From: Alphaproteobacteria bacterium
GTDB lineage: Bacteria; Pseudomonadota; Alphaproteobacteria; GCA-2731375
Length of the DNA: 34,061 nucleotides
Assembly (NCBI GenBank): GCA_029936195.1
Contig: JAPYUH010000005.1
Span: 15,821 to 49,881, forward strand
Direction of reading: 5' to 3'
Positions 1 to 9,169 of the stretch are shown piece by piece; positions within the stretch are counted from its first letter, which is position 1, and every line of letters starts with the position of its first letter. The notes beneath the pieces are model-generated. The model did no database searches and had not been told where the DNA came from. It was given only the letters and a program-made list of their open reading frames with translations. Position numbers and translations under genes: made by a program.

Positions 1-159
1 CCGGATATCGGAAATGATCAGGTCCGGGCGGCCAGCCTTCATTGCCTGCAATCCCAGACTGCCATCTTTTGCTTCAATTACGTCATGATTCTCGCGCTCG
101 AGAATACGCCGGACCGTAACTCTAAAATCAGCTTCGTCGTCTAACAACAGGAATTTCAA
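1..159 (-). CDS. Response regulator receiver-domain protein, 5' part (truncated by window edge)
   Basis: Not in the ORF track. Manual translation from TTG at 159: LKFLLLDDEADFRVTVRRILERENHDVIEAKDGSLGLQAMKAGRPDLIISDIR, with acidic pocket LLDD and phospho-acceptor PDLIISD. An in-frame stop lies a few codons upstream of the TTG. Confidence 0.85.
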   Translation of the reverse strand, partial: MKFLLLDDEADFRVTVRRILERENHDVIEAKDGSLGLQAMKAGRPDLIISDIR

Positions 160-341
160 GGCCAGGAACCATCATTTGCACAATAGAACTTCGTCCGTTC
201 ACGCAGCGATATTCAACACCGAATTATCTATTCGCAACCGGAAATTGGTACGGTTTTGGAACGTCGGTTAATTTAAGTCAAACTAATTAAGAAAATAACA
301 ATTCAAAATCCATGACGGGCATGCCCTCGACCTTGAACAAT

Positions 342-1997
342 TCATATGCGGCCATCGTAGGCATTACGGCCAATCTCGCAGGCCAGCAAGGTGAAGGTTT
401 CCCGCCCCCCGGCATCCGACATGGCGGCGGCGATGCCGGCGCGGCTGTAGATCGCCACCCCATGGCCGCCCATGGCGTTGGCCAGGGCGACAAAATCCGT
501 GGCGCCGAATGTCACGCCCAGAGGCTGAAGGCCACTCTCCCGCTGTTTCTTTTCGATCAGGGCAAGGGCGTGGTCCACGAACACCACAACCAGGATATTT
601 TGCCGCAAATCCCGCAAGGTGGCCAATTCGCCCATGACCATTTCCAGGCTGGCGTCGCCCATGAAACCGATCACCATGCGGTCGGGGGCCGCCAGTTTGG
701 CGCCGATGGCCAAGGGCAGGGCGCAACCCATGGTGCATAGCGCCGAGGATTGCAACAGGCCGCGGGGCTGGAAACAGCGCCAGATTTGCGACAGCAGAAT
801 GCGGTGGGCACCGCTGTCGGCGGTGGCGACGGCATTGTCGGGGCTGTGTTTTTGAATTTCGTCGACCAGGGCGCCGGGGCCCCAATCTTCGTCAGCCCGG
901 AACGCCGCGATCAGCGCCGCCCGCGTTGCCGCCGCCTCGCCATTGGGCCAGGTTTCGTTATGCCCGCCGTCCCGGCCCCCACCTTGTCCCAGTGCCCCAA
1001 GGCCCGCGCCCACATGACACCGGAAGGACCAGCGCGCCTGATGCATGTAATGGGTGTTTTCCAAACCGCCTAGTTCTATTACATCCGCGTCCCGCGGCCA
1101 GGGGTCGCGCCAGCCCACACGCATTTCGATGGGGTCATATCCGGCCAGGATAATGCAATCGCTTTGCGCCACCAGCGGCAGCAAATACCGGTCCGCCAGG
1201 GGCGACAGCCCGGCGCCACCCAAGGCCAGGGGTTCGTCCTCCGCCAGCACGCCCTTGGCTTTGTATGTGGTGATGAGAGGAACCTGAAATCGGCGCGCGA
1301 ACGCCGCCACGGCATCGGCGGCATGATCATGCAAAACGCCAACACCGGCGATTAGAATGGGCCGTTCGGCGGCGGCCAGACAGGCCTGGGCCGCCTCCCA
1401 TTCAGGGCCGGGCGCGGGCGCCAAGGGCTGCGTTGGCGCCTGCAACCGGGCCCGTTCGGCGCCCTGGTCCATGGTCGCGACCGCGATCGGCACGTCAATA
1501 TGCACCGGACCGGGAGGATAGGCGGTGGCGATGGCAATGGCTTTGTCCACCAACACATCCACGGCGCCGCTCGCCAGGGTCAGGGAAGCCTTGGTGATGG
1601 GCGCCAGCAAGGCGGCATGGTCAAGGACCTGATGGGTGTAACTCGCCGCCTCGGCCGCATCGACACGGCCGGTGATAAAGATCAGCGGCACCTGATCCTG
1701 CAGGGCGTTGGCCATGACGTTGGCGGCATTGGCCACGCCGGGCCCCAGGGTCGCCAACAGGACACCCGGCGCGCCGGTGACGTGGTGGGTGCCCTCGGCC
1801 ATGAAGCCGCCGGAATTTTCATGCTTGCACAATTCGAACCGAATGCCGGCCCGGTCCAGGGCCGCCATCACCGCTAAAACCTCGCCGCCGGGTATGCCAA
1901 AGGCATGGCGGCAGCCGGCCCGGAACAGGGCGCGGGCCAGAATATCGACACTGCTATTCATCTCGTCCCAACTTTCCCCGGCAGTTTGGTCATCCAT
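342..1997 (-). CDS. Thiamine pyrophosphate-binding enzyme (acetolactate synthase large subunit-like family)
   Basis: FGIPGGE, HENSGGFMA (catalytic Glu), TLGPG, TMGCALPLAIGA and a GDA-type TPP/Mg motif. Start uncertain (ATG 1997 or ATG 1961). Confidence 0.85.
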   Translation of the reverse strand: MDDQTAGESWDEMNSSVDILARALFRAGCRHAFGIPGGEVLAVMAALDRAGIRFELCKHENSGGFMAEGTHHVTGAPGVLLATLGPGVANAANVMANALQDQVPLIFITGRVDAAEAASYTHQVLDHAALLAPITKASLTLASGAVDVLVDKAIAIATAYPPGPVHIDVPIAVATMDQGAERARLQAPTQPLAPAPGPEWEAAQACLAAAERPILIAGVGVLHDHAADAVAAFARRFQVPLITTYKAKGVLAEDEPLALGGAGLSPLADRYLLPLVAQSDCIILAGYDPIEMRVGWRDPWPRDADVIELGGLENTHYMHQARWSFRCHVGAGLGALGQGGGRDGGHNETWPNGEAAATRAALIAAFRADEDWGPGALVDEIQKHSPDNAVATADSGAHRILLSQIWRCFQPRGLLQSSALCTMGCALPLAIGAKLAAPDRMVIGFMGDASLEMVMGELATLRDLRQNILVVVFVDHALALIEKKQRESGLQPLGVTFGATDFVALANAMGGHGVAIYSRAGIAAAMSDAGGRETFTLLACEIGRNAYDGRI

Positions 1998-2084
1998 GCT
2001 CAATTGATCGTTACCAGCTTCCTGGACAACTCAGACCTTGCTAGACTAGCCATACTCTATTTTAGTGCGAAAAGGACAGCCGTC

Positions 2085-2732
2085 ATGAGTTTAGCCGAAC
2101 AGTTGGAAAAGATACGCGCCGGCTCGGCAAAGCGTTTGCCCGAACACACGCGGGCGGTCATGGCCGCCGGGACCCAGGCCTTGCGCGACAGCGGCCTGAT
2201 GGACCGGGCCTTGAACGCCGGTGACCGGCTGCCCGCATTCGCGTTGGAGAATGCCCAGGGTACGGTCGTTCGTTCCGACGAGCTGTTGGCCAGGGGCCCC
2301 ATGGTGGTGACTGTTTTTCGCGGAGTCTGGTGACCCTACTGCAATGCAGAGCTGTATGCTTTGCAAGGCACTCTGAACGAGCTTGAAGACCTGGGCGCCA
2401 GCCTGGTGGCGTTGACGCCGCAAAAGTCCGAGCACAACCGCGCCAGCACGGATAAGAACAATCTAAACTTCCATCTCCTGACCGACCCGGGCAATGCCTA
2501 TGCGGCGGAACTTGGCATACGCTTCGAGCTACCGGCCGATCTGCGCCAGGTTTATCTGAGTTTGGGCATTGATCTGGTGGCATACAACGGTAATGAGAGC
2601 TGGACCTTGCCGATGCCGGCGCGTTACGTGGTTGACGGGGGCGGCATCATCCGGGCCGCCGACATTAGCGTGGATTACACACACCGGCCGGAGCCCGGCA
2701 AAACCCTCGACGACCTGCGTGGACTTGTCTAA
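2085..2732 (+). CDS. Peroxiredoxin-like (AhpC/TSA family) selenoprotein, 215 aa, Sec at codon 83
   Basis: AGGA RBS then ATG 2085. In-frame TGA 2331-2333 in FRGVW-U-PYCNAEL. The downstream ORF (2361..2732) is in the same frame and continues the fold (LVALTPQ, LLTDPGN, WTLPMPARYVVD). SECIS-like hairpin follows the UGA. Confidence 0.9.
2345..2365 (+). promoter_or_regulatory. Putative bacterial SECIS element
   Basis: UGCAGAGC-UGUAU-GCUUUGCA: 8-bp stem with one G-U pair, and a 5-nt loop with G at position 2 followed by U. The stem begins 11 nt after the UGA. Confidence 0.75.
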
Positions 2733-3384
2733 CGCAACGGCTCATCTCATTCGGTCCTGGTGTTGGGCCGCGCTGGTTTTGATATTGGCGGCTTGTGCCG
2801 CGCAGGCGCCTTTCGAGGGCAGCACCTCGTCGGACGACAAGACGATATTTGTCACCTCCAACGGCTGGCATACGGGCGTTGTCATGGCGAAGTCGGATAT
2901 CCCGTTCGGCCTGTTGCCCGAAGCGGCCGACTTTGCCGAAGCCGCGTACTTTGAATTCGGCTGGGGCGATGCCGAATTTTACCCGGCCAGGGATGTGACC
3001 GTCACCATGACCATGGCCGCCGCCCTGGTGCCGACCCCGGCGGTGATGCACATGGCGGGCCTATGGACCAGACCGGCGCGATACTTTCCCAAGGCGGAAG
3101 TCATCCCCTTGATCATTTCCGCGAAGAATTTCGGCCGTCTGGCTGCATTCATTGACGGCAGTTTCAAGCGGCCCGGCGCCGGACGGGTCTCTCATTTCAC
3201 GCCGGGGTTATACGCCGCATCGGGATTCTATCCCGCCAAGGGCCGCTTCCATCTGCTCAACACCTGCAATACCTGGACGGCGCGGGCCCTTCGCGCGGCG
3301 GGTTTCAAAATTGATGCCCGGGGCACCACCCAGGCCGAGGCCTTGATGCAGCAGGTCCGTGGGTTATACAGAGGTGCCGGTTAA
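2719..3384 (+). CDS. DUF2459-family (TIGR02117-like) putative lipoprotein
   Basis: IFVTSNGWHTG, YFEFGWGD..FY and FHLLNTCNTWTA motifs; hydrophobic leader with LAAC lipobox. Start GTG 2719 or TTG 2725, overlapping the end of the selenoprotein gene. Confidence 0.75.
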   Translation: MDLSNATAHLIRSWCWAALVLILAACAAQAPFEGSTSSDDKTIFVTSNGWHTGVVMAKSDIPFGLLPEAADFAEAAYFEFGWGDAEFYPARDVTVTMTMAAALVPTPAVMHMAGLWTRPARYFPKAEVIPLIISAKNFGRLAAFIDGSFKRPGAGRVSHFTPGLYAASGFYPAKGRFHLLNTCNTWTARALRAAGFKIDARGTTQAEALMQQVRGLYRGAG

Positions 3385-5049
3385 AGATTGCGCGGCCCGT
3401 TCCCGCAGCTCCGCCTTGCGCACCTTGCCAGTGGAGGTCATGGGCAGTTCGGGCAGAAACAAAACATGCCGGGGGATCTTGAACGAGGCGATCCGGCCCC
3501 GGCAATAGTCCAGGATCGCATCCTCGTCAGGCGCCCGCCCCGCCTTCGCCACCACGAAGGCGACGGCCACTTCGGTCAATCGATCATCGGCATGGCCGAC
3601 CACCGCCACATCGGCCACGTCCTCGTGGCCCAGCAGATAGCCCTCTACTTCCATGGCATCCACATTCTCGCCGCCGATCTTCAGCATATCCTTGTAGCGG
3701 CCCAGAAAGCGGAGGAAGCCGTCGGCCCGCAAATAACCCATGTCGCCGCTATGAAACCAGCCGTCTTGGTCATAGGCGGCGGCCGTTTCTTCCGGTTTTT
3801 TGTAATAACCCAGCATCAGATTATAGGATTTGATGATGATTTCACCCGGCGTGCCCGTGGGCTGATCGTTGCCGGTTTCGGGGTCGATGACCCGGAAGTC
3901 AAAGCCGTCGCAGGGATGGCCGGAGGAATAGCAGATTTGTTCCCGGCTCGAATCCAGAAACGACAAACAGGCATTGCCGCCGATTTCGGTCATGCCATAG
4001 GCGGTGACGGGCCACATGGGCGCCAGCACATCGAGGGCCCTGCGCAGCACCGGCACCGCGCTGTTGGTGCCGCCACCGAATATGCCGGTGCGCAGGGATG
4101 ACAGGTCCCTGGCCCTGGCCTCCTGGGCATCGATCAGGCCCTTCACGTGGGTTTCGAAGCCGGACAACTGGGTCACGCCTTCCGCTTCGATGGCATCGAG
4201 ACAGGCTTCGGGATCAAACATTTCCACCAGGATCTGCCGGTTGCCCGTGGCCATGGACAGCATCGGCCCATCCAGATAGCCGAAAATATGGAACAGGGGC
4301 AGATAGTTGAACATCACATCCCGCTCCGTCGTGCCCAGAACCTTTACCCGGTCGATCTGATTGCGCAAAAAGCCATGGCTGCGCACGACCCCCTTGGGAA
4401 AGCCCGTGGTGCCGGAGGTGTACATGATGAACGCCGGATCATCGCGCCGGACTGCCGCCGCCCGCCGGGCCAGCTCCCCATTCAGCGCATCATCGTCGTT
4501 GCCCGCGATCCCGGCCCAATGATGGGTGCCGAAGGGCGCCGCCGCCGCAGCTTCCGTGGTTTTGATAATGATCCGTCGCAGATATGGAAATTGTTCGGAA
4601 TTGATCGTGCCATTTTCAGACCGTTCCTCGTCCCCCACCATCTCTCGGGTCATTTGCCAATAGTCGATGGGGCCGGAGGTGTCATGGGTGATCAGAGTGC
4701 TGCAATCCGCCTGGCCCAGAACATAGGCCGCATCCGCCGTGCGAAAACGGGTGTTTATGGACACCATGACGGCGCCCACCCTGGCGATGGCAAAAATCAG
4801 GTGGATCCATTCGGGGCAATTGTTCAGCCATACCGCGACCCGGTCGCCCGTGCCGACCCCGGCGGCAATCAGCCCGCGCGCCACCTGATCGGAGCGGGTG
4901 GCAATATCGGTGAAACTCTGCCTCTCGTCGCGAAAGGCCAACGCCTCCCGACCGCCCCAGCGGTCCGCCGCAAGCCCCGGCAGATCGGCCAGGGTGGTGG
5001 TGTCATTCCACGGCGTTGGATTAGGCGACGGGTTTGGCGCCGGGTTCAC
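3364..5049 (-). CDS. AMP-binding protein / acyl-CoA synthetase (ANL superfamily)
   Basis: YTSGTTGFPKG, AYGMTE, GWFHSGDMG, GRYKDMLKIGGEN, TSTGKVRK. The GTG start overlaps the upstream amidohydrolase stop (GTGA). Confidence 0.92.
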   Translation of the reverse strand: MNPAPNPSPNPTPWNDTTTLADLPGLAADRWGGREALAFRDERQSFTDIATRSDQVARGLIAAGVGTGDRVAVWLNNCPEWIHLIFAIARVGAVMVSINTRFRTADAAYVLGQADCSTLITHDTSGPIDYWQMTREMVGDEERSENGTINSEQFPYLRRIIIKTTEAAAAAPFGTHHWAGIAGNDDDALNGELARRAAAVRRDDPAFIMYTSGTTGFPKGVVRSHGFLRNQIDRVKVLGTTERDVMFNYLPLFHIFGYLDGPMLSMATGNRQILVEMFDPEACLDAIEAEGVTQLSGFETHVKGLIDAQEARARDLSSLRTGIFGGGTNSAVPVLRRALDVLAPMWPVTAYGMTEIGGNACLSFLDSSREQICYSSGHPCDGFDFRVIDPETGNDQPTGTPGEIIIKSYNLMLGYYKKPEETAAAYDQDGWFHSGDMGYLRADGFLRFLGRYKDMLKIGGENVDAMEVEGYLLGHEDVADVAVVGHADDRLTEVAVAFVVAKAGRAPDEDAILDYCRGRIASFKIPRHVLFLPELPMTSTGKVRKAELRERAAQSLTGTSV

Positions 5050-6194
5050 TGTTGGGGAAAACCATACAATTTCGCCGCATTATCGTAGGTGGTCTTCTGC
5101 CGGATGGCATCGGGCAGATGGCCCATTTCCCGCTCTATGAATTCCTGACTGTCGGGCCAGATGCCGTCGGGATGGGGGAAATCAGAGCCCCACATAATAT
5201 TGTCCTCGCCCAGATTATCGACCAGTTTCATGCCGACGGGATCGCTTTGGAAAGTGGCATAACACTGGCGGTACCAATATTCCGACGGCTTCATTTTCAG
5301 GGTCAGGTCCTTGAACTGATCCTCCCATTCCAGATCCATATGTTCCAGGATATAGGGGATCCAGCCAATGCCGCTTTCCCCAATGACAACCTTCAGGTCT
5401 GGATGGGACTCCAGCTTGCCGCCGAATATGATCTCCATCAACTTGTTGGACATCAGCATTTGAAAGGCGGTGATGAAGACGGCGAAGGCCTGGCGCGCTT
5501 CCAAGGGCTCCATGGAGGCAAAATCCGGCGCCTTCGTGCCGCCGCCGGTGTGGAAATGCAGGGGCAGCTTGGAGGCCGCCGCCGCCGCGAACACCGGGTC
5601 CCAGTGCTTGTGATACAGGGGCTTGCCGTCGGGGACCGAGGGTATTTCCAGGCCCCGGACCCCGCCGCGCGCCGCCACGCGCTCAATTTCCGCCACCGCC
5701 GCGGCAATATCGTGGCCTGGGATGGACGCGATGCCCGCCAACCGGTCGGGGTAAGTGCCGCAAAAATCGGCCAGCCAGTCATTGTATATCTGCATCATCA
5801 CGATGGAGGCGTCCGGGTCGTTTAAACGCCCCGCCGCGCCCAGAATACCGTACAGAACCTCGCCCACCACGCCGTCCAGATCCTGATCCTTGATGCGCAG
5901 CTCGGGTTCGGTCAGGCGGCGGATGCCGTTCTTGCCATCCTCGTACAGGCCTTGTTCCGCCATGCGGTCGGAGCGGTGGATAACGCCCGGCACATATTCC
6001 CGCCCGGCCGAGCCCATGCCGTTCTGCAAGCCGAACTGCCCACCGCCGTTGGAGACCCAGACCGGACCAATGGGCCCGTCCGTGACATAGGGCATGCGGT
6101 CCTTCATGGCGGCCGGTGCATTGTCGGTGAACAGATCGGGCGGCAGCCAGATCAGATCAATATGGCAGTCGGCGGAAATCACTCCCTTGGGCAT
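5046..6194 (-). CDS. Amidohydrolase_2 family metal-dependent hydrolase/decarboxylase
   Basis: Start MPKGVISADCHIDL with GAGGAAAGG RBS. Motifs YNDWLADFC, LHFHTG, ESGIGW, MWGSDFPH, DNAAKLYG. Confidence 0.88.
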   Translation of the reverse strand: MPKGVISADCHIDLIWLPPDLFTDNAPAAMKDRMPYVTDGPIGPVWVSNGGGQFGLQNGMGSAGREYVPGVIHRSDRMAEQGLYEDGKNGIRRLTEPELRIKDQDLDGVVGEVLYGILGAAGRLNDPDASIVMMQIYNDWLADFCGTYPDRLAGIASIPGHDIAAAVAEIERVAARGGVRGLEIPSVPDGKPLYHKHWDPVFAAAAASKLPLHFHTGGGTKAPDFASMEPLEARQAFAVFITAFQMLMSNKLMEIIFGGKLESHPDLKVVIGESGIGWIPYILEHMDLEWEDQFKDLTLKMKPSEYWYRQCYATFQSDPVGMKLVDNLGEDNIMWGSDFPHPDGIWPDSQEFIEREMGHLPDAIRQKTTYDNAAKLYGFPQQ

Positions 6195-6253
6195 TTTGAT
6201 GGCCTTTCCTCGGTTCTGGAGTCTTGGTTTATTGGAGTCTCGGTTTTTTGGCG

Positions 6254-6580
6254 TTATTGCACCGAGGAGAATTTGGTCGGCACCAGGAACTGGCTGCTCA
6301 GGGAGGCGACGATCTGGCCGTTGGCCTCGGTCCCAGCGCGTTTTTCCAGCCATTCGGGATCGGTGGCAAAGGCGCCGAACTTCTCCTCCCGCTCGGCCAT
6401 GGAGTCCCAAGCCAGCATGTAGGTCAGATCCTGGTTGGATTCGCCAATCGCCGTGGTCCAAAACCCCGCCTGACGGATGCCAAACCTCTCCCATATGGGC
6501 AGGGTGATGGTCTCGAACCGCTTCAACAGGTCCGGCAGCCGGCCCGGCACGCAATGATAAATTCGTAGTTCGTAGATCAT
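6254..6580 (-). CDS. NIPSNAP family protein
   Basis: MIYELRIYHCVPGRL, GFWTT..G, LTYMLAWDS..ERE..F..F..DPEW, LVPTKFS. GGGAGG RBS. Confidence 0.9.
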   Translation of the reverse strand: MIYELRIYHCVPGRLPDLLKRFETITLPIWERFGIRQAGFWTTAIGESNQDLTYMLAWDSMAEREEKFGAFATDPEWLEKRAGTEANGQIVASLSSQFLVPTKFSSVQ

Positions 6581-6731
6581 GATGTTTTCCTCCCTTTTTA
6601 ATTTCCCTACCTTTCTAGCCGCTTGCTGTCAAAATGGGAACAGCAGCTACACAACACATTGTCACGTCGGCAACAACGTGGGGCGTCGTCAAGATTGAAC
6701 AAGAGCAAAAAAATATTAGGAGCGAAGCATC

Positions 6732-7961
6732 ATGAACGAGATAAGCGGCGGCGCGGGCTGTCTGCAGGGCGTGCGTATTCTGGATCTGACCCAGTTCGAG
6801 GCGGGCCCGTCGTGTACCGAGGCCTTGGCCTGGCTGGGGGCGGAAGTCGTGAAGGTGGAAAACCCCAGGGGCGGCGACCCCGGGCGCGGATCCTTCGCCG
6901 AGCCACCCGGCAAGGATTCCTGGTATTTTCTTTTGTTCAATGCCTCGAAAAAGTCCATCACGGTAAACTTAAAAGACCCGGCGGGGGTCGCCTTGGTCAA
7001 GGATCTCGCCCGCAAGGCGGACGTGATGGTGGAGAACTTCGCCCCCGGCGCCATTGAACGCCTCGGCCTGGGCCATGACGTGATGCGGGAGGTCAACCCC
7101 GCCTTGATCTACGCCCAGGTCAAGGGCTTTGGCGAAGGCAGCCCGTTCGAAAACAACCTGGCCTTTGACATGATCGCCCAGGCCTGCGGCGGCATCATGT
7201 CCATCACCGGCGAGCCGGATCAGCCGCCGGTGAAGCCGGGCACCACCTTGGGCGATACGGGCACGGGCATGCTGCTGGCCATTTCCATCCTGGGCGCGCT
7301 GTATAGGCGCAAGGACAGTGGCAAGGGGGAGCGCCTGCAACTGGCCATGCAGGATGCCATGTTGCATTACATCCGGGTCGCCTTCGCCTCCCAGGCCGCG
7401 TTCAACAAGCCGGCGCCGCGGGCGGGCGCGAAATTAATATCGGGGGCCAATCCACCCTGCGGCATTTTTCCCTGCAAGCCGGGCGGCCCCAACGACTATG
7501 TCTATATCTACACCTCGCGGGCCAATCCCCTGCACTGGCAGCGGTTGCTGGAATTGATCGGCCGGGAGGATCTGATTGGAGATCCCAACTATGCCACCGG
7601 CGCCATCCGCGCCGAGCGGGAGGACGAGATCGACGAAATGGTCAGTCAGTGGACCCGCCAGCATGACAAGCACGAGGCCATGCGTCTGGTCGGCGCGGCC
7701 GGTATTCCCGCCGGCGCGGTGCTGGATACGGACGAGTTGCAAAACGATCCGGACTTTGAACGCCGGGGCATCATGCAGACTATGACCCACCCCACCAACG
7801 GTGATTTCAAGATACCCGCCTGGCCCGTGCGACACGACGGCGCCCCGCCCCCCATCGCGCCCGCTCCCCTGCTGGGCGAGCATGCCGACGACGTGCTGGG
7901 CCGTTGGCTGGACATGGATAGCGCGGCGGTCGGAAAACTGCGCGACGACGGGGTGATTTAG
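6732..7961 (+). CDS. Class III CoA-transferase (CaiB/BaiF, formyl-CoA transferase-like)
   Basis: LQGVRILDLTQFEAGP, LGAEVVKVE, ADVMVENFAPG, catalytic Asp context LGDTGTG, APLLGEH. Confidence 0.92.
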   Translation: MNEISGGAGCLQGVRILDLTQFEAGPSCTEALAWLGAEVVKVENPRGGDPGRGSFAEPPGKDSWYFLLFNASKKSITVNLKDPAGVALVKDLARKADVMVENFAPGAIERLGLGHDVMREVNPALIYAQVKGFGEGSPFENNLAFDMIAQACGGIMSITGEPDQPPVKPGTTLGDTGTGMLLAISILGALYRRKDSGKGERLQLAMQDAMLHYIRVAFASQAAFNKPAPRAGAKLISGANPPCGIFPCKPGGPNDYVYIYTSRANPLHWQRLLELIGREDLIGDPNYATGAIRAEREDEIDEMVSQWTRQHDKHEAMRLVGAAGIPAGAVLDTDELQNDPDFERRGIMQTMTHPTNGDFKIPAWPVRHDGAPPPIAPAPLLGEHADDVLGRWLDMDSAAVGKLRDDGVI

Positions 7962-9067
7962 CTGTCGAGGCACCAATCCAATATGGGCCGGTTTTCGTCG
8001 CTGGGATAGGTGTGTGAGAGGTCTTCAACCTCGCGATAATGCAGCCTTGCCCCGGCGGCGGCAAGGGCCTGTTGGGCATCGCGGGCGATTTGGACGGGGA
8101 ACATCCAATCCAGGGCGCCGTGGGTGACATAGACGGGCAGATCCTTGATCCTCCCCGGGTCCATCATTTCCAGCAACAGGGGATGGAAGGAGGCGGAAAT
8201 AGGCGCCAGATGCGTGAAGGGGGACCCTTCGCCCAGGCCCGAGACATAGGTGAAGGTGCCGCCGTCGCTCATACCGGTCAGCAAAATATGGTCCGGGTCA
8301 ATGTTCCATTGCTCTTGGGCGAAGCGCACCAGCCCGGCCAGATTGGCGCTGTCGGCTTCCGGTTCCATCAACGACCAAGTACCCTCCCGCGAGGTCGGCG
8401 TGATCAGAATGGCGCCCCGGCCGCGGGCCTCGCGCAGCCAGGTCCACAGGAAATCCCGGCCATGGCCGCTGCCCCCATGCAGCCCCATGATCAAGGGATA
8501 GGCCACGCCGGGGTCATAATATTCCGGCACATACATGGAAAAGCCGCCCCGGTCCGGCTTGTCATTATTGGCATGCATGATGCCCACATTGTCCCGGCCG
8601 CTGTCCGCATTGGCCAGTTTCGAAACCAGCGCCTCGTCCGCCCGCCCGGCATCATCAAGAAAAAAGCGATTGATGGGCGGCAGCATCCTGGCCGCCGGGT
8701 ACAGGGCAGCCATGGCCTTGGCGTTCTGGCGAATGCCGCGATAAGCCTGGGAGGTGCCATCGGGCGCTTGCGCTGCCTCCCGCAGTCCATCGAAACCAAG
8801 GCAGACGGCCTCGGCCGCGGCCACCATCTGATCGGCGAAGGGTGCCAGTTTCGCCGGCCAGTCCAGGGCACGGAAGGGTTCCAGACCCTGGCGCAGCGGT
8901 TCATCGACGCCCGCCACGCTGGCCACGAGCTCTGCCAAATGCGGCGGATGCAGGCGCCGCGCTATATAGCCAAGGGCCTCCATGCCATTCAACAACGGCC
9001 CCAGCAAATCGGTAATGGCGTTGATCAGGGCCTCATTACTGGCGGCGGCTTTCGATTCATCGGTCAT
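7958..9067 (-). CDS. Alpha/beta-hydrolase (phospholipase/carboxylesterase family) with long N-terminal extension
   Basis: LHGGSG, nucleophile GMSDGG, HGALD and LSHTYP (Ser-Asp-His triad). ATG 9067 (MTDESK). Confidence 0.82.
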   Translation of the reverse strand: MTDESKAAASNEALINAITDLLGPLLNGMEALGYIARRLHPPHLAELVASVAGVDEPLRQGLEPFRALDWPAKLAPFADQMVAAAEAVCLGFDGLREAAQAPDGTSQAYRGIRQNAKAMAALYPAARMLPPINRFFLDDAGRADEALVSKLANADSGRDNVGIMHANNDKPDRGGFSMYVPEYYDPGVAYPLIMGLHGGSGHGRDFLWTWLREARGRGAILITPTSREGTWSLMEPEADSANLAGLVRFAQEQWNIDPDHILLTGMSDGGTFTYVSGLGEGSPFTHLAPISASFHPLLLEMMDPGRIKDLPVYVTHGALDWMFPVQIARDAQQALAAAGARLHYREVEDLSHTYPSDENRPILDWCLDS

Positions 9068-9169
9068 GGCAACTCTATTCAGCAAGTCATTTTACCCACC
9101 ATATCACCTTGACCAAACACTCTCACTGGCCAAAATTGATCCATAAACCAAAACGGGAGGAATCGAGAC

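Noticed and set aside
268-290. TTAA cluster upstream of the response regulator as a CtrA box
   Set aside because: Spacings between the TTAA copies (268, 273, 287) do not fit N7; likely just AT-rich promoter DNA.
1905-2333. 142-aa and 123-aa (2361..2732) ORFs as two genes or a nonsense pseudogene
   Set aside because: Same frame, UGA at the catalytic Cys position and a SECIS-like hairpin favour one selenoprotein from ATG 2085. The 1905 extension overlaps the TPP gene.
3364-3384. Overlapping 3' ends of convergent genes (also 7958-7961 and 11880-11883)
   Set aside because: Short convergent overlaps are common in compact bacterial genomes.
5010-5046. NPAP-NPSP-NPTP repeat at the acyl-CoA ligase N-terminus
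   Set aside because: Short low-complexity leader with degenerate DNA units; no evidence of function.
6195-6554. N-terminal extension of the 502-aa ORF overlapping NIPSNAP
   Set aside because: Family similarity starts at MPKGVISADCH (6194), which has its own RBS. The extension is an off-frame read of NIPSNAP.
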